Origin: Lytechinus pictus
Lineage: Eukaryota
Length of the DNA stretch: 64,000 bases
Assembly: GCF_037042905.1 (NCBI RefSeq)
Contig: NC_087257.1
Coordinates: 13,764,001 to 13,828,000 of the forward strand
Direction: 5' to 3'
Below are positions 61,975 to 64,000 of this stretch, in pieces; the first letter of the stretch is position 1; each line of letters starts with the position of its first letter. A program made the translations under genes and the position numbers. The notes beneath the pieces were generated by a model. That model was not told the origin of the DNA. It searched no databases and worked only from the letters and a program-made list of their open reading frames with translations.

Positions 61975-63788
61975 GCGCATTCACCGACTCATTGATTTGA
62001 TGTTGGAATCGGACCAGGAATTGGACAGGGAATACGGATCAGTAAACCACCCCCCAAAAAATAGCTCTGAGGCCTTTAACAAGCCTATGTCTTTTACGAT
62101 TAATACAAATTAGATATTGACATTTGATATCAATCAAACTGTTTGATTGATTTGATTGATACAAAAGTTTTAAACTGTCGTTTTCCGTATGTAGTTATTG
62201 TACAACATGATTTACAAAATAGATGTAGAGAAAATATTGGTGGGCAAGACCCCCCCCCCAACCAAAAAAAAAAAAAAAAAAACTTGATAGTTATAACAAA
62301 ATTATTCTCCTCTACTCCCAATCTTTGAAATATTATCATGTTTGTTTCTCGACTTTGCGAATTTGAATTCCTTGCTTTCAGAAATAACGATTCATCAGCA
62401 CACTTAAATCGCCTTAAAAAAAAAAAAAATCAGTGCACAGTTCTTCTGGAGGAAAGTCTTGATGGGTTGGCCTAGGAAGCCTTCTCAACCTGAGTAATAA
62501 CGGTCGATTTTTTTTTTCTTTTCCGCTATAGCACCGAAATGAAACATTATTACAGATACCAAATAGACAATTGTCCCCAACAGTCGTCTTTAGTGTCCAC
62601 ACGCCCACTTCTTCCTAACGTTGGCTATTTAGGACTATTTATATATCCTACTCTTTCGGGAATTAATCAACCTGAATTGCAATCGGCATCCGGTTTTTCG
62701 TATGATTTCGATAATAAACATTTGCAGAAATCAGAAACTCAAGCGCCTCGTTTTCTTCTTTGGAGGGTCATGTTATTCATTTAAGCTCTACATAATTTGA
62801 TTTCTGTTTGCGACTTTATCCATGATGTTTACGGTAATATTAATTTGTGTGGGTATTGGTGGCATAGTAAAGAAACAGTTACGTGTAGATGTGTGGAGGG
62901 TGTGAGTGCTTTCGAAGGGCAAGGATGTGTAATTGAATCGGATTACACACATATAGAGAGAGAGAGAGAGGGGGGGGGGGGACGCATAAAGTTGGAGTGT
63001 GATACCAACAAATTGGAGTGCGATGGTGAAGGTATGTTTCCGCAATTACGCTACCATGGACCTACTATATAGGTCCATGCCCGTACAGTTTTAAACACGA
63101 ACTTCTCATCTAAAGTTCACATTTAAACCAAACGAGGACAGACAGTGAAGAGAGGACGTCCTCGGATCATTGCTCACCACAGACTTTATCAAACCACACT
63201 ATGGAGAGAAGATGTCCTTTAACAAGATATGTTAAAGGACATCTCTGCTTAAGGACATCTTTGCTTAATGTAAAGATGTCCTCAGTTATAAAGTGAAACT
63301 TAAATTCATATGATACTCAGTTGACCGCTTAAAATCATGTCCTCAAATTCTGTCATTAATTGTGTGTATGTGTGTATGCAGAAAATGAAACTGAGAGGAT
63401 GGGCGAATACAAAATACGTGATCATGGGTCTAATAAAATAAATAGAATGATATTTGCTCTCATCTCTCACCTAAAGAATCAAATCAACATTATTTATGTC
63501 CCATACTCCATCCGTTTTTATTAACCTTTCTACTTCTCTGCATTGTAAAAAAATTCATCCTCCCCCTGTTCCCTCTCCCATCCATCCTCTGTTTTATCCT
63601 TCCACACCTCTTCTCCCTGAGAGCGTAGAGGCGCGGAATGATACAATAGCGGACGGATGAAAATATTATCTTGTTGAACTGAAAATTTAAATGCAATACT
63701 TCAGAATTCATCAAAAATAAGATTTTTTCAAAATAAGAATTTGATGGTTTTTTTTCTTCAAAAAGTGTTTTGCACGTCTTTGTTAATC

Positions 63789-63814
63789 CATGGACCTACT
63801 ACTCTAGGTCCATG
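63789..63814. mobile_element. 26-bp TIR-only remnant with 7-bp TSD (probable excision footprint)
   Basis: GTTAATC|CATGGACCTA-CTACTC-TAGGTCCATG|GTTAATC; a sister 25-bp remnant lies at 63055-63079. Confidence 0.7.
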
Positions 63815-64000
63815 GTTAATCTTACATGTCATTTTCTGTCTGGGTGCCCCTTTCGTTTTTTAATACCATAAACATGATAATAGCAGGTATTTTTGCTGGT
63901 TATGATACCTTATTTAGTTAATTCAATTGACAAGACATTACGAGAAGTCAAAAGACACAGACGTCGCCCTCTCTCTCACACACACACACATACACACACA

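Larger units (their letters stand above)
46950..63780 (+). repeat. Tandem segmental duplication, unit B (~16.8 kb, expanded by TE insertions)
   Basis: Homologous to unit A except for unit-specific blocks at ~47790-49025, 49825-50425 and ~50800-58145. Boundaries approximate. Confidence 0.85.

Overview
AT-rich, repeat-dense animal genomic DNA; the repeat families and a SURL/Mag-type retrotransposon suggest a sea urchin (inference). There is one assembly gap (30841-30970). Most ORF-track entries are noise; the real host genes are spliced. (1) A 5-exon urea transporter (SLC14/UT family) on +, join(11512..12023,27930..28116,29733..29880,35768..35902,36556..36794), 406 aa, with both pore-lining LP-box threonines substituted. 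(2) A head-to-tail tandem duplication (~38.3-46.9 kb and ~46.9-63.8 kb), each unit carrying a 4-exon gene whose main reading frame the ORF track misses. It encodes a secreted 282/285-aa protein: signal peptide, PRPRP repeats, a KR|Q site, polyproline runs punctuated by N-glycosylation sequons (19 in total), and a C-terminal somatomedin-B domain. (3) An intact Ty3/Gypsy element (51801-56970) with identical 259-bp LTRs, nested inside a LINE tail inside DNA-transposon remnants, upstream of gene copy B. (4) A 72-nt tRNA-shaped gene with a UCA (opal) anticodon and its own TTTT terminator, inside a (TA)n-associated mobile element in a UT intron. The window also holds many MITEs (hAT-, Harbinger-, Kolobok- and CACTG-type), a self-nested Helentron-type element, hairpin satellites and probable excision footprints. 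All analysis was by eye; no searches were run.
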